This document shows, in pieces, positions 28,380 to 37,267 of a DNA stretch of 64,000 nucleotides. The DNA lies in the IMG/VR virus record IMGVR_UViG_3300043446_005562, positions 124,001 through 188,000 of that record, one strand, 5' to 3'. Made by a program: the position numbers and the translations under genes. The notes beneath the pieces were generated by a model, which did no database searches, had not been told where the DNA came from, and saw only the letters and a program-made list of their open reading frames with translations. Positions within the stretch are counted from its first letter, which is position 1. Each line of letters opens with the position of its first letter.

Positions 28380-28863
28380 TCAGCCATTTATTAGTAGGAA
28401 CGTTACCATTGTTGAACGTGGTCGATCTCATGTAGCCATTGCGGCTAATGATATTTTAGAAAACACGGTGATTGAAATTTCGCCAGTTGTGATGCTAACT
28501 GCAAAAACCGCAATTTCAATAATCAATAACACTCAAGATTTTGAGAACCGCCTAATTATGGATGAGGCTGCAGTTGATCGAGAATATGAAATCTTTGCAA
28601 GCCTTGGTGAAATGGAACTTGAAAGAAGATTAAACAGCGGTCAAATAAGTCCAGACGAATATCAAAAAATTCTTAGGTCTAAAATAAATCTCAATGCGCT
28701 CATTAATGCAAAAACTCACGCAATGCCTCTTGGTTACGGGCTATTATATGGGATCAGCGATTTCCCAAATTTGGTTAGAGAATATGATTCTGCTCATAAA
28801 CTTTGTTATTATCGAACAGTACAATACATAACAGCAGGCACGGACTTAACCTATTCTAAATAA
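28372..28863 (+). CDS. SET-domain-like protein (degenerate catalytic motifs)
   Basis: AANDILENTVIEISPV ... PLGYGLLYGISDFPN ... YITAGTDLTY follows the bacterial SET pattern (A..DI..G..IE..PV / LGYGSLYNHS..PN / I..GEELT.Y), but NHS is replaced by GIS. Confidence 0.6.
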   Translation: MPNQPFISRNVTIVERGRSHVAIAANDILENTVIEISPVVMLTAKTAISIINNTQDFENRLIMDEAAVDREYEIFASLGEMELERRLNSGQISPDEYQKILRSKINLNALINAKTHAMPLGYGLLYGISDFPNLVREYDSAHKLCYYRTVQYITAGTDLTYSK

Positions 28864-28869
28864 TAGCGA

Positions 28870-30540
28870 ATGAAGATAACTCAATTCTCCTTTAAGAACA
28901 TTTGTTCATACGGCAATAAATTACAAACTTTTAAATTCTCAGACGATCCTCAGCTTGTTCTAGTTCAGGGTAAAAACGGCAGTGGAAAATCTTCTATCTC
29001 TGATGCCCTAACTGTCGCGCTATACGGAAAATCTTCAATCCGAAAAACCAAAGAGATTCCAAATCGAATCAATAAAAATGCCTATACTCATGTTGAATTT
29101 TTGACAGGTTCAGGTGAGGTTATTGAAATTGAAAGAGGTCTTGAGCCGAATTTTTCCAAGCTCTTGATTAATGGATCCGAGCACAATCTTCCCGATAAAA
29201 GAAGAGTCGATGATTTTATTGAAGAAGAATTGACAAAGATTCCATTCAATGTATTTTCAAATACAATTAGCCTGTCGGTAAATGATTTTAAGAGTTTTGT
29301 AAAATTAAGCCCCCATGACAAGCGCCAGATTATTGATAAAATATTTGGACTAGATATCGTAAATGACATGTCCAGAATAAGTAAAGAAGAGGTTCGAGAA
29401 TTAAAGATCTCAATTCAGTCCCTTGACTCAACTATTTTAAATAATGAGGCCATTTTGGAAAATTCCAAAGACCAGCTAAATAACCTAAAGCAGGATCTGT
29501 CTTCAGCTAAAGAGACTAGAATTTCCGAACTTACTCAAGAGATTTCTGAGCTAAGTAGGGTCAAAGAGTCTCATAAAGCCGAGTATACTGGATTCTCATC
29601 TCAACTTCAAGACTTAGAAAAAGCGGTTAATGAAGCAAAGGAGACGCGTACCACAATTCAATTCAATATCTCAGAGATTCAAAAGAAATTAGATCTCTAT
29701 TCCAAGAACAAGTGTCCACACTGTCTATCTGATTTGACCGATGCGGCTCACTTGAATATCAAAGAGAAACTTTCAAATAAAAAAGAGGAGCAAGCCAGCT
29801 TATTACCTGAGACTGCCGTAAAGATTCAGGATGCAATCCATATTTTGGATAAGGCAAAGGCCGCACAGAGCGCAGCTAGAGACAAATATTTTCAAATAGA
29901 CGGGCTCTTAGCTCCACTAAAAAAGGAATTATCTGACCTGTCAACAACGGACGTTACCACCCAACAGTCGGGAACAGAATACATAAACGGGGTAATTGAA
30001 TCAATAGAGAATGAAATTTCAGACCTAAATTCAAAGCGTGCAAAATTAATGAGTCAGCTCTCAATTTCACAAGAAATGGAAGATATTTTATCTGACAACG
30101 GTATGAAACGTTTGTTAATGAGCCAAATCATTCCAATGTTGAATAAAAAGATCTTAAAGACTTCAAAGCTATTGGAATTCAAATTCGCATTCGAATTTGA
30201 TCTTGAATTCAATCCAATCATTACTCATTTGGGCATGCAGATTTCACCAGATTCACTTTCAGCCGGAGAGCAGAAAAAAATGAATTTGATTGTTTTGCTC
30301 TGTATTCTAGAGCTTTTAAAATTAAAACATCACAAGGTCAATTTATTGTTTCTGGATGAAGTATTTTCATCACTAGACGTTGAATCCATCTATAGAGTGG
30401 TGGATTTATTGAAAACTTTTGCTAAAAAGTACAATATGACGGTCTTTGTAATTTCACACGATCCTCTACCTGAAGAGTTTTTCGATACAAAATTGATGGT
30501 TGAGAACACTGATCACTTCTCCGACATTAAGATTCTGTAA
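28870..30540 (+). CDS. gp46: Recombination ATPase subunit (gp46/Rad50/SbcC)
   Basis: GKNGSGKS, coiled coil with CPHC zinc hook, LSAGE signature, LFLDE, VISH. Confidence 0.94.
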   Translation: MKITQFSFKNICSYGNKLQTFKFSDDPQLVLVQGKNGSGKSSISDALTVALYGKSSIRKTKEIPNRINKNAYTHVEFLTGSGEVIEIERGLEPNFSKLLINGSEHNLPDKRRVDDFIEEELTKIPFNVFSNTISLSVNDFKSFVKLSPHDKRQIIDKIFGLDIVNDMSRISKEEVRELKISIQSLDSTILNNEAILENSKDQLNNLKQDLSSAKETRISELTQEISELSRVKESHKAEYTGFSSQLQDLEKAVNEAKETRTTIQFNISEIQKKLDLYSKNKCPHCLSDLTDAAHLNIKEKLSNKKEEQASLLPETAVKIQDAIHILDKAKAAQSAARDKYFQIDGLLAPLKKELSDLSTTDVTTQQSGTEYINGVIESIENEISDLNSKRAKLMSQLSISQEMEDILSDNGMKRLLMSQIIPMLNKKILKTSKLLEFKFAFEFDLEFNPIITHLGMQISPDSLSAGEQKKMNLIVLLCILELLKLKHHKVNLLFLDEVFSSLDVESIYRVVDLLKTFAKKYNMTVFVISHDPLPEEFFDTKLMVENTDHFSDIKIL

Positions 30541-30565
30541 ACTATTTTCATTTTTTTAGTATATT
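30539..30565 (+). promoter_or_regulatory. Early/middle promoter AAAC-N17-TATATT
   Basis: Immediately upstream of the ATG at 30572 (near-leaderless mRNA). Confidence 0.6.
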
Positions 30566-30571
30566 TTATTT

Positions 30572-31453
30572 ATGATAGTATTTAAAGGCCAGACTTTTGC
30601 AGACTGTTATCGTGATTCATTGATTCACTTATTCAATGAAGGCGCTGAAAACAATGCAAGAGGAACTGTTAGTAAAGAATTATTGGATGTTGCGCTAGTC
30701 GTTGAAGATCCAACTCAGTGCCTGTATCAAAACGACAAGCGAGGCTCTCAAATCAAATACATTGCTGCCGAATTTTTATGGTATTACTCGGGCCGAAATG
30801 ATGTAAAATTCATCTCTAACTGGGCTAAGTTTTGGGAGACTATTCAAAATGAAGACGGTACTGCTAATTCAGCATACGGCAATCTAATTTTTAGGGTTAA
30901 AAATCAGCATAATGTTTCCCAATATCAGTGGGCAATGCAGAGCCTTATTTCAGATGCCAACACTCGACAAGCTGTGATGCATTTCAATATGCCAACTCAT
31001 CAATATTCTGGCAATAAGGATTTTGTTTGTACAATGTATGCAAATTGTCACATTCGAAACAATAAATTCTATATGTCAGTTTACATGAGAAGCAACGATG
31101 CCGTTTGGGGTACACCAACCGACGTTGCCTTTTTCTGTTCTTTACAAATGCAGATGTTTGCTCAATTAAAGAGCTTTTATCCGGACTTGGAATTGGGTAG
31201 CTATACTCACGTTGCAAATTCATATCATGTCTACGATCGTCATTATGAATTGGGTCAAGCCATGTTGCAATCAGAATTCAAAGCTGACTCGCTACCGTCA
31301 ATCGTTGCTGATCTAGTTGATGTTGATGGAACTCCAAGCAGAAATTTACTCATCTTAATGGATGCATTAGAAGCAGATGACGAGCCGTATTTGATTTTCC
31401 AAGACGGTGACGATCTATTGAAATGGATTCATAAAAACATTACAAAGAAATGA
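30572..31453 (+). CDS. Thymidylate synthase-family enzyme, probable dCMP hydroxymethylase/methylase (T4 gp42-like)
   Basis: NSAYG, TRQA, DFVCT (catalytic Cys), MRSNDAVWGTPTD with Asp at the dCMP/dUMP specificity position, SYHVYDRH. Confidence 0.8.
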   Translation: MIVFKGQTFADCYRDSLIHLFNEGAENNARGTVSKELLDVALVVEDPTQCLYQNDKRGSQIKYIAAEFLWYYSGRNDVKFISNWAKFWETIQNEDGTANSAYGNLIFRVKNQHNVSQYQWAMQSLISDANTRQAVMHFNMPTHQYSGNKDFVCTMYANCHIRNNKFYMSVYMRSNDAVWGTPTDVAFFCSLQMQMFAQLKSFYPDLELGSYTHVANSYHVYDRHYELGQAMLQSEFKADSLPSIVADLVDVDGTPSRNLLILMDALEADDEPYLIFQDGDDLLKWIHKNITKK

Positions 31454-31908
31454 TAACGTCTAAACAGCATAAAATTGACGTTGCGTATATCAAAATGGCT
31501 CAAGTTTGGGCAGAACTCTCTCATGCAACTCGTAAAAAAGTTGGCGCTCTAATTGTAAAAAACAACACAATCATTTCAGATGGATTTAATGGAACCCCCT
31601 CGGGTTTTGAAAATGAATGTGAAGAGGCTGTGTGTAATGACGATGGCTCATTTAGGGAATACAAAACAAAATGGTATGTTTTGCATGCCGAGTCAAATGC
31701 CTTAGCTAAGGTTGCTAAATCAACTCAAAGTAGCGAGGGCGCAACTCTCTATATTACCTATTCACCATGTACGGATTGCAGTAAATTAATTTTACAGGCC
31801 GGTATCAAACGCGTTGTCTATCTAGAAGAATACCGCGATACCAATGGATTAGACTTTTTAAGAAGAGCTGGTGTAGAGATCAAAAAAATCAGCCTAGATA
31901 ATGATTGA
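31450..31908 (+). CDS. cd: dCMP deaminase
   Basis: KVGALIV, GFNGTPSG, HAESNA, SPCTDC zinc motifs. Confidence 0.95.
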   Translation: MITSKQHKIDVAYIKMAQVWAELSHATRKKVGALIVKNNTIISDGFNGTPSGFENECEEAVCNDDGSFREYKTKWYVLHAESNALAKVAKSTQSSEGATLYITYSPCTDCSKLILQAGIKRVVYLEEYRDTNGLDFLRRAGVEIKKISLDND

Positions 31909-32299
31909 TAGCAATCGAACTCTTGAGATAGTTTTTGTAAAAGACCAAAAGCAATTTGTCCATGTACTTCAAAAGAAGTGCAAATCTGACTATTTACTCA
32001 ATGTCAACAAAATCATTCGTGAGAAATTTGAGCAGGACATTTTGGTGCCCAATAAGATCCAATCTTTTTTAATAAACTATGAAATTAAGAAATTGATTGA
32101 CAAGGCAGTTAACGTCAGAAACCGAAAATACAATAGAATAATTTACGTTAATTCAAGTCTTTCCGCGAATACTGTTCTAAATACAATAGATTTTCTATCG
32201 AGCGCATACGACGGAGTTAAATTTAGTCCATTAATAATTGATTTAGAAGAGGAATTTTGTAAGGGCCTAAAGATTAAGACAATAAAAAAGGGGCGTTAA
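31901..32299 (+). CDS. Hypothetical protein
   Basis: 132-aa ORF ending at the terminator. Confidence 0.55.
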   Translation: MIDSNRTLEIVFVKDQKQFVHVLQKKCKSDYLLNVNKIIREKFEQDILVPNKIQSFLINYEIKKLIDKAVNVRNRKYNRIIYVNSSLSANTVLNTIDFLSSAYDGVKFSPLIIDLEEEFCKGLKIKTIKKGR

Positions 32300-32307
32300 G
32301 CCCCTTT
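32284..32307. terminator. Terminator at the convergence of the + and - blocks
   Basis: AAAAAAGGGGC-gttaa-GCCCCTTT. Confidence 0.8.
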
Positions 32308-32330
32308 AAAGTATCAAAAGATCAATAAGA

Positions 32331-32975
32331 TTAAACTTCCTCGTTTTGCTCTTCGTCTTCTAATGGCTTTTTACTTTCGTCAGCCATTTTTTCAGAGTCT
32401 TCTTCCTCTTCTTCGGTCTTGCACATCTTTTCGATTGCTGCGCATAATAGATCGCAAACTTCTTCTTTTTCAAGTTCCATCTTTTCGCAAATATTATCAA
32501 TCATTTCTTGAAGATCATCTCCGAATTCTTCAGTTAATTGTTCAAGTAATTCCTCGTCTACTTCGTATCCGAGTTCAACATTTTCGTCATTTTCTAGAGG
32601 TTCTTCAGCTTCATTAAATTCATAGCCGTAGTTTTCATTTACGAATTCTTCGTATCTAGCAATTTTGCCTTCTTCGACTGCTTCTACTGTTGCAATGGTT
32701 GGTTTAGCGTACATTTGTGTATAAGGTTTTTTCTTTGCTGTTCTGTAAACGATATCGCTTGAAAAACCTTTCCAAGCAGAATCATAATTTGGATTGAAAC
32801 GCCCGCCTTCAGCATTGGGGTCGCGCTCAACAATTCTTTGATATCCATCAAGAGATTTTCTCTTTGATTTATCAAAATCTTCTTTTTCAGAAGGACCACC
32901 AAACGCAGGCTTCTTTAAATTAGTCCATCTGTCTAGTGAAGGATTATCTCTGCGTTTTATGTTAAACATGTCCAT
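32331..32975 (-). CDS. Hypothetical late protein (basic N-half, acidic C-half), putative head-internal
   Basis: Follows the tail tube gene; internal KIARYEEFVNE motif. Confidence 0.6.
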   Translation of the reverse strand: MDMFNIKRRDNPSLDRWTNLKKPAFGGPSEKEDFDKSKRKSLDGYQRIVERDPNAEGGRFNPNYDSAWKGFSSDIVYRTAKKKPYTQMYAKPTIATVEAVEEGKIARYEEFVNENYGYEFNEAEEPLENDENVELGYEVDEELLEQLTEEFGDDLQEMIDNICEKMELEKEEVCDLLCAAIEKMCKTEEEEEDSEKMADESKKPLEDEEQNEEV

Positions 32976-32992
32976 GTCTTACTTTAATATTT

Positions 32993-33595
32993 TTATTGAC
33001 CAACTCGAGTTTCAACGTAACGATCTGCTACGAATCCAATAGTAAGATCCGCAATCTTATCGTCAGCGTAACTAAGAGTTTGTTCAGTGAATTTATCCAT
33101 ATCTAAGAAAACTGGTGAAAATACAAATTCCCTAAAGATTACACCTGAACGATTGAATTGAGTTACTTGAACCACTGCTGGATTTGCAACGGTACCTGCA
33201 TAATCTTTCTTTAATCCTTGAGCGCCTGTCATTGGATCATAAATCAAATTAGACCAAGCACGGAATGCATTGTAAATGTAATTATCGTTATCGTCGTTTA
33301 AGTTTAATTCGAATGCAATCTTGAATTTAGCTAAAGTAGTTTGAGGTTTAGCTGCAGCATAAGCTCTTTCAGAGAATTTGAATCTTTGAGTTTGAAGAGC
33401 TCCTCCAGCATTACCGTGAAGTTCTGGAAGTCCCGTAACGGTTTTAACATGCTCTAGAGTTAGATTATTGTTAAATCCAATTTTTCCCGAAACTGCAGGT
33501 GGCGGAGTAATAATTACTTCAAACTGATTTAAGTAAATCGGTTCATATCTTCCAGGACCTGCTGTTGAATTTTTAAAATGTGGTAGACCAGCCAT
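32993..33595 (-). CDS. gp19: Tail tube protein (gp19-like)
   Basis: YLNQFEVII, FRAWSNLIYDPMTG, KKDYAG, VTQFNRSG, LSY, FVADRY; late box at 33615-33623. Confidence 0.85.
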   Translation of the reverse strand: MAGLPHFKNSTAGPGRYEPIYLNQFEVIITPPPAVSGKIGFNNNLTLEHVKTVTGLPELHGNAGGALQTQRFKFSERAYAAAKPQTTLAKFKIAFELNLNDDNDNYIYNAFRAWSNLIYDPMTGAQGLKKDYAGTVANPAVVQVTQFNRSGVIFREFVFSPVFLDMDKFTEQTLSYADDKIADLTIGFVADRYVETRVGQ

Positions 33596-33638
33596 CTTGT
33601 CTTATTTTTTTAGTTTATTTATTCGAGGTATTCTCAGT

Positions 33639-34535
33639 TTATTTTGGAGAGCTTGCCAGTTTTGCTTCAGATTCTTTACGAATTTCATCTCTAACCTCTA
33701 TAAATTCGCGTTCCTTTGCGCCGCTGCCTTTTAAATCTTTAAGGGCTTTGATCAACCAGTCTTCGTCCTCCTGTTCTTTACCGCTTGGCACGACTGTATT
33801 GTCTCCAGGAATAAAGGTTAATTCAATTGATGGAATTACCTGAACCAGCAGATTCGATCCATCTTCTGTTTCAAATTCTCTAAGTCCCAACTCAATAGTT
33901 TCTCCCAGTAAACCTGGCAGTTTAACTAGCGCTTTGATTTTTGAAGAATTATCAACAGTTTCATCACCAACTGCCTTTGTTATGTTGTTAGACATTCTAT
34001 AAGAAATGGTTACTCCACTGCCTCTTTGTGATTGAACATCAATCAATCTAACTCTATCTGCTATAACGGTAACTGTGTACTCCCGGGGTTCACCAGATTC
34101 TTTGGGCTCATCTTTCTTGGGTTCATCATTAACTACTTCATCCTCCAAGTTAGGGCTCTCTGGTTCATCCTGAGACTTATCAGAGATCGTTGCCGGTAAT
34201 CCGGGTTTTTGTGATACGGCTGGTAAATTTGACGAAGGCTCTGAGCCAGCCGGCAGAGCCAGCGTTTCATTAGTCGGCTTTGCCCCAATTAATTTTGAAT
34301 CAATAATTGAGTTAATATCCTTTAATAGACTAATTAGTTTTTCAGCAGATGAGTACTTGTAATATGTTGCTAATGCACTGGCCTGTTTGTAGTCAAGATC
34401 CGGATAGAGATCGGTCGTGTGAAGTTCAATGTATTGCGCATTTTGGTCCCAAATAGGCTGTTCGCCTGCACCAGGATTATTCCAAGTTATCTTGAAACTT
34501 GCATAAGATTCTGCAATTACACCGTCTCCAACCAT
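33639..34535 (-). CDS. Hypothetical late protein
   Basis: 298-aa ORF downstream of the capsid cluster. Confidence 0.6.
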   Translation of the reverse strand: MVGDGVIAESYASFKITWNNPGAGEQPIWDQNAQYIELHTTDLYPDLDYKQASALATYYKYSSAEKLISLLKDINSIIDSKLIGAKPTNETLALPAGSEPSSNLPAVSQKPGLPATISDKSQDEPESPNLEDEVVNDEPKKDEPKESGEPREYTVTVIADRVRLIDVQSQRGSGVTISYRMSNNITKAVGDETVDNSSKIKALVKLPGLLGETIELGLREFETEDGSNLLVQVIPSIELTFIPGDNTVVPSGKEQEDEDWLIKALKDLKGSGAKEREFIEVRDEIRKESEAKLASSPK

Positions 34536-34538
34536 TTA

Positions 34539-35042
34539 TTATCCGATTTCTTTATCACCACGAAATTCTTTTCCGCGGTTTGATTTTTTCTTGTCTGGGT
34601 CAACTGGTTTGTAATTAGCCCAAATTTCATTGTAAATACGGCAAGATGCGCCCATGAAATTAACAATGCCGACGTATTTCTTACGATCGTCACCTTTCAT
34701 TTTTGAAATTCTTTTGCCAATTGTGCGAGCATCATCCAAATCCAATTCTTCATCATCCGACTTTCCAACTAAATCCTTTAGTGAATTTGTTTCAGTCACG
34801 TAAGATTCAAAGGTTGGATGCACATGAGGGCCATGTGGACCCATTGGATCCAAGTCAGTATCTTCTGATTCAAGATCAGCAGATCCGCCCATTCTTTCTA
34901 TTTGAGCAAGGCCTTCTTCCTGAGAGTTTACTGGAATTAAAGTATTTCGACCAACGACATAGTAGCCGTCTTCTCTTTCTTCAATTCTAAGTGGACCCGA
35001 CAGATCGAATTCCATGCCATCACTAAACTTAAGTTTTGACAT
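34539..35042 (-). CDS. Hypothetical late protein with internal CTS-like motif
   Basis: HPTFESYVTET separates two small domains. Confidence 0.6.
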   Translation of the reverse strand: MSKLKFSDGMEFDLSGPLRIEEREDGYYVVGRNTLIPVNSQEEGLAQIERMGGSADLESEDTDLDPMGPHGPHVHPTFESYVTETNSLKDLVGKSDDEELDLDDARTIGKRISKMKGDDRKKYVGIVNFMGASCRIYNEIWANYKPVDPDKKKSNRGKEFRGDKEIG

Positions 35043-35053
35043 GTTAATTTGAT

Positions 35054-35413
35054 TTATTTAGGCATCTTTGCCATAGAAGGATCAACCTTCTTGTTAAGGG
35101 CTTTTCCTTTGATAACTAATTTAGAAATCTTTGGATCAACTTCTTTTTTAGAAGCAGTTCCGCGACCCTTTGGCAAATCAGCAATACCGGTTTTTACCAT
35201 TTTCTTAGGCTCAGAACCACGACCCTTTGGCAAATCTGCCATTTCAGGTTTAACAGTTTTGCTGATAGACTTGCCCTTTCCAGCAGGAAGGTCAGAAGTT
35301 TCATCATCAACTTGTTTGGTGATCTTTTTACCTTTAGCAGGAGCACCCTTAGAAAGATCTTGATTCATTTTCTTTTCGAAAAGATACTCTTCGTAGCTTA
35401 AAACTGATTTCAT
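35054..35413 (-). CDS. Lys-rich repeat protein with CTS-like leader; putative DNA-condensing internal protein
   Basis: MKSVLSYEEYLFEKK, then 19-aa repeats around DLP(K/A)G(R/K)G; late box at 35459-35467. Confidence 0.7.
   Translation of the reverse strand: MKSVLSYEEYLFEKKMNQDLSKGAPAKGKKITKQVDDETSDLPAGKGKSISKTVKPEMADLPKGRGSEPKKMVKTGIADLPKGRGTASKKEVDPKISKLVIKGKALNKKVDPSMAKMPK
35164..35300 (-). repeat. 57-bp period coding repeat (DLPKGRG units)
   Basis: GACCCTTTGGCAAATC at 35164 and 35221, with a diverged third copy near 35275. Confidence 0.75.
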
Positions 35414-35481
35414 GTGAACTTTGTTTTTTTAAATATTTTTTTGCTAATCCTAGCTAGGTTATTTATTAGCGAATCTTTACT

Positions 35482-35515
35482 AAAAAAGAAAAGGCTCCCT
35501 TTTGAGGAGCCTTTT
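35482..35515 (-). terminator. Intrinsic terminator after the major capsid gene
   Basis: AAAAGGCTCC...GGAGCCTTTT stem with a T-rich tail on the - strand. Confidence 0.85.
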
Positions 35516-35537
35516 ACTATGATTAACCTAGTTAAGA

Positions 35538-37250
35538 TTAATATGCAGTTGAAGGAGCTACAGAACCTGTCAATACTCCTAGTCCTGTTACAGACATTGT
35601 GATGTATTGAGTTTCTGGGTGCCATCCTGCTTCTGTAATAGCATAACGAGATTTCATACCTAATTTTGGAGAGAAAGTACCCTCTGCGATAGTTTGAAGA
35701 CTCTCAGCCATGATATATGGAAGGAATTTAACACCTGGTTCTTCATCAGCACCTTTACGACCGATGTGGATACGGTTATCAGTGAACTTCAAGTTAGGAT
35801 CAACGTATACAGTTAGACCGTGTACTTTACCAGCTGGGTAAAGTTGGCCAGGACCTGAAGGAAGATCGTTATTGAATGGAGCGAAAGAATAACCAGCAAC
35901 ATCAGCAAGAGCTGAAGCTACACGACCGTTAGTAACGATGTATGTACCAGCACCGAAACGACCTCTGTGATAAATCAAGTTAGCCATTTCAAGGATTTTA
36001 GTAACAACACGACGTTGTAGAGTTGAGATGTTTTCGAAACCAGAACCTACAGTAAGATCTAAAGTAGTGATTCCTGAACCTTCAACTGAGTTAACGCTAG
36101 TTGCGTGAGTAGCACCTAAGTTCAATACTCTGTCAACTAATTTTTTGTTGATACCTTGTGCAAGTTCGTTAACCGCAACGTTTTCCAACATAGAGATTAC
36201 GTCGAAATTCCAAACACGGTTAAGATCTTGGATTTGCTCAACAGTTGCAGAGATTGCTACTTGGTCACCTTTTGCTTCGATGAACTTAGTGAACATACGA
36301 AGACCCATTTGACGGAATTTAGAAACTTCAGCAACTTCACGTTTCATACCGTCGAAGTTAACTTGCGAACCGTTTGAACCTAAGAAAGGACCATCGAATG
36401 CAGTTGAAGCATAGTCAGAATCGCTTACTGAAGTGAAACCTGAAATGTGATTTTCTAGAGCAGATACTAAAGTAGCTGTCATACCGTTAGCACCACCGAA
36501 ACCTTTCCAAGGTTCAGCTGAAGTACCAGCAGCAGAGTTACCTGTATCGGTACGTGAACCTGTGTAAGTAACGTTATCAAGAGCAGCAACTGCGTCAGCT
36601 ACAGTAGTAGTAGATGAATCAGTAGTACCACCTTGGATTACTTTTAGGATAGGTAAACCGTCGATACGAGATTTTCCAACGTATTGGAATTTGAAAGCAG
36701 CGCCAGTGTTACCAGTATCACCTTGGATATAGTCACCAATTGTAATACCTGCATTAAGAGCAGAAGACAATTTAACCATATAAGGTTCGTACTGAGTATC
36801 TAAGTTACCACCTTGGTATACGTAGTCCAAGTAAGGTAAGAAACCTACTGGAGAATCCATAGGAACTACACCAACTAGGTCGAAACCGATAGTTTTAGCA
36901 GCTACTTGGATAGCTACTGGAAGAAGGCTTGGGAATTTATCACCAGAACCAGATACAGAAGCACCGTAACCATTTTTTACACCAGCTGTGAATGGTGTCA
37001 TTGAGCTAGTTGGAGCAGAGATTGCACCAATTGAGCTGATAGAACCAGGTTGTTGTAAGAACAAACCAGGAGCTGAACCTGAAGCCAAAGCTTCGTTCAA
37101 TGAGCCTGCGTTATCGAAGATAGCGTGGTTGTGAGCGTAGTCAACTAACCAAGGGCGAGCTTTGATGTCTGCACCGTAACCTTCTAATACTGGAGCCCAA
37201 GTTTCAGTAACTGAAGCGTCATTCAGTCTTTTGAAAATTTTTGTTGCCAT
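35538..37250 (-). CDS. gp23: Major capsid protein (gp23-like)
   Basis: TWAPVLEG, IGFDLVGVVPM, TVEQIQDL, ELAQGINK, GRFGAGTYIV, FLPYI, TFSPKLGMKSRYA; SLNEA probable maturation site; strongly biased codons; TATAAATAA late box at 37389-37397. Confidence 0.93.
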   Translation of the reverse strand: MATKIFKRLNDASVTETWAPVLEGYGADIKARPWLVDYAHNHAIFDNAGSLNEALASGSAPGLFLQQPGSISSIGAISAPTSSMTPFTAGVKNGYGASVSGSGDKFPSLLPVAIQVAAKTIGFDLVGVVPMDSPVGFLPYLDYVYQGGNLDTQYEPYMVKLSSALNAGITIGDYIQGDTGNTGAAFKFQYVGKSRIDGLPILKVIQGGTTDSSTTTVADAVAALDNVTYTGSRTDTGNSAAGTSAEPWKGFGGANGMTATLVSALENHISGFTSVSDSDYASTAFDGPFLGSNGSQVNFDGMKREVAEVSKFRQMGLRMFTKFIEAKGDQVAISATVEQIQDLNRVWNFDVISMLENVAVNELAQGINKKLVDRVLNLGATHATSVNSVEGSGITTLDLTVGSGFENISTLQRRVVTKILEMANLIYHRGRFGAGTYIVTNGRVASALADVAGYSFAPFNNDLPSGPGQLYPAGKVHGLTVYVDPNLKFTDNRIHIGRKGADEEPGVKFLPYIMAESLQTIAEGTFSPKLGMKSRYAITEAGWHPETQYITMSVTGLGVLTGSVAPSTAY

Positions 37251-37267
37251 TTTATTAAAATGTTTTT

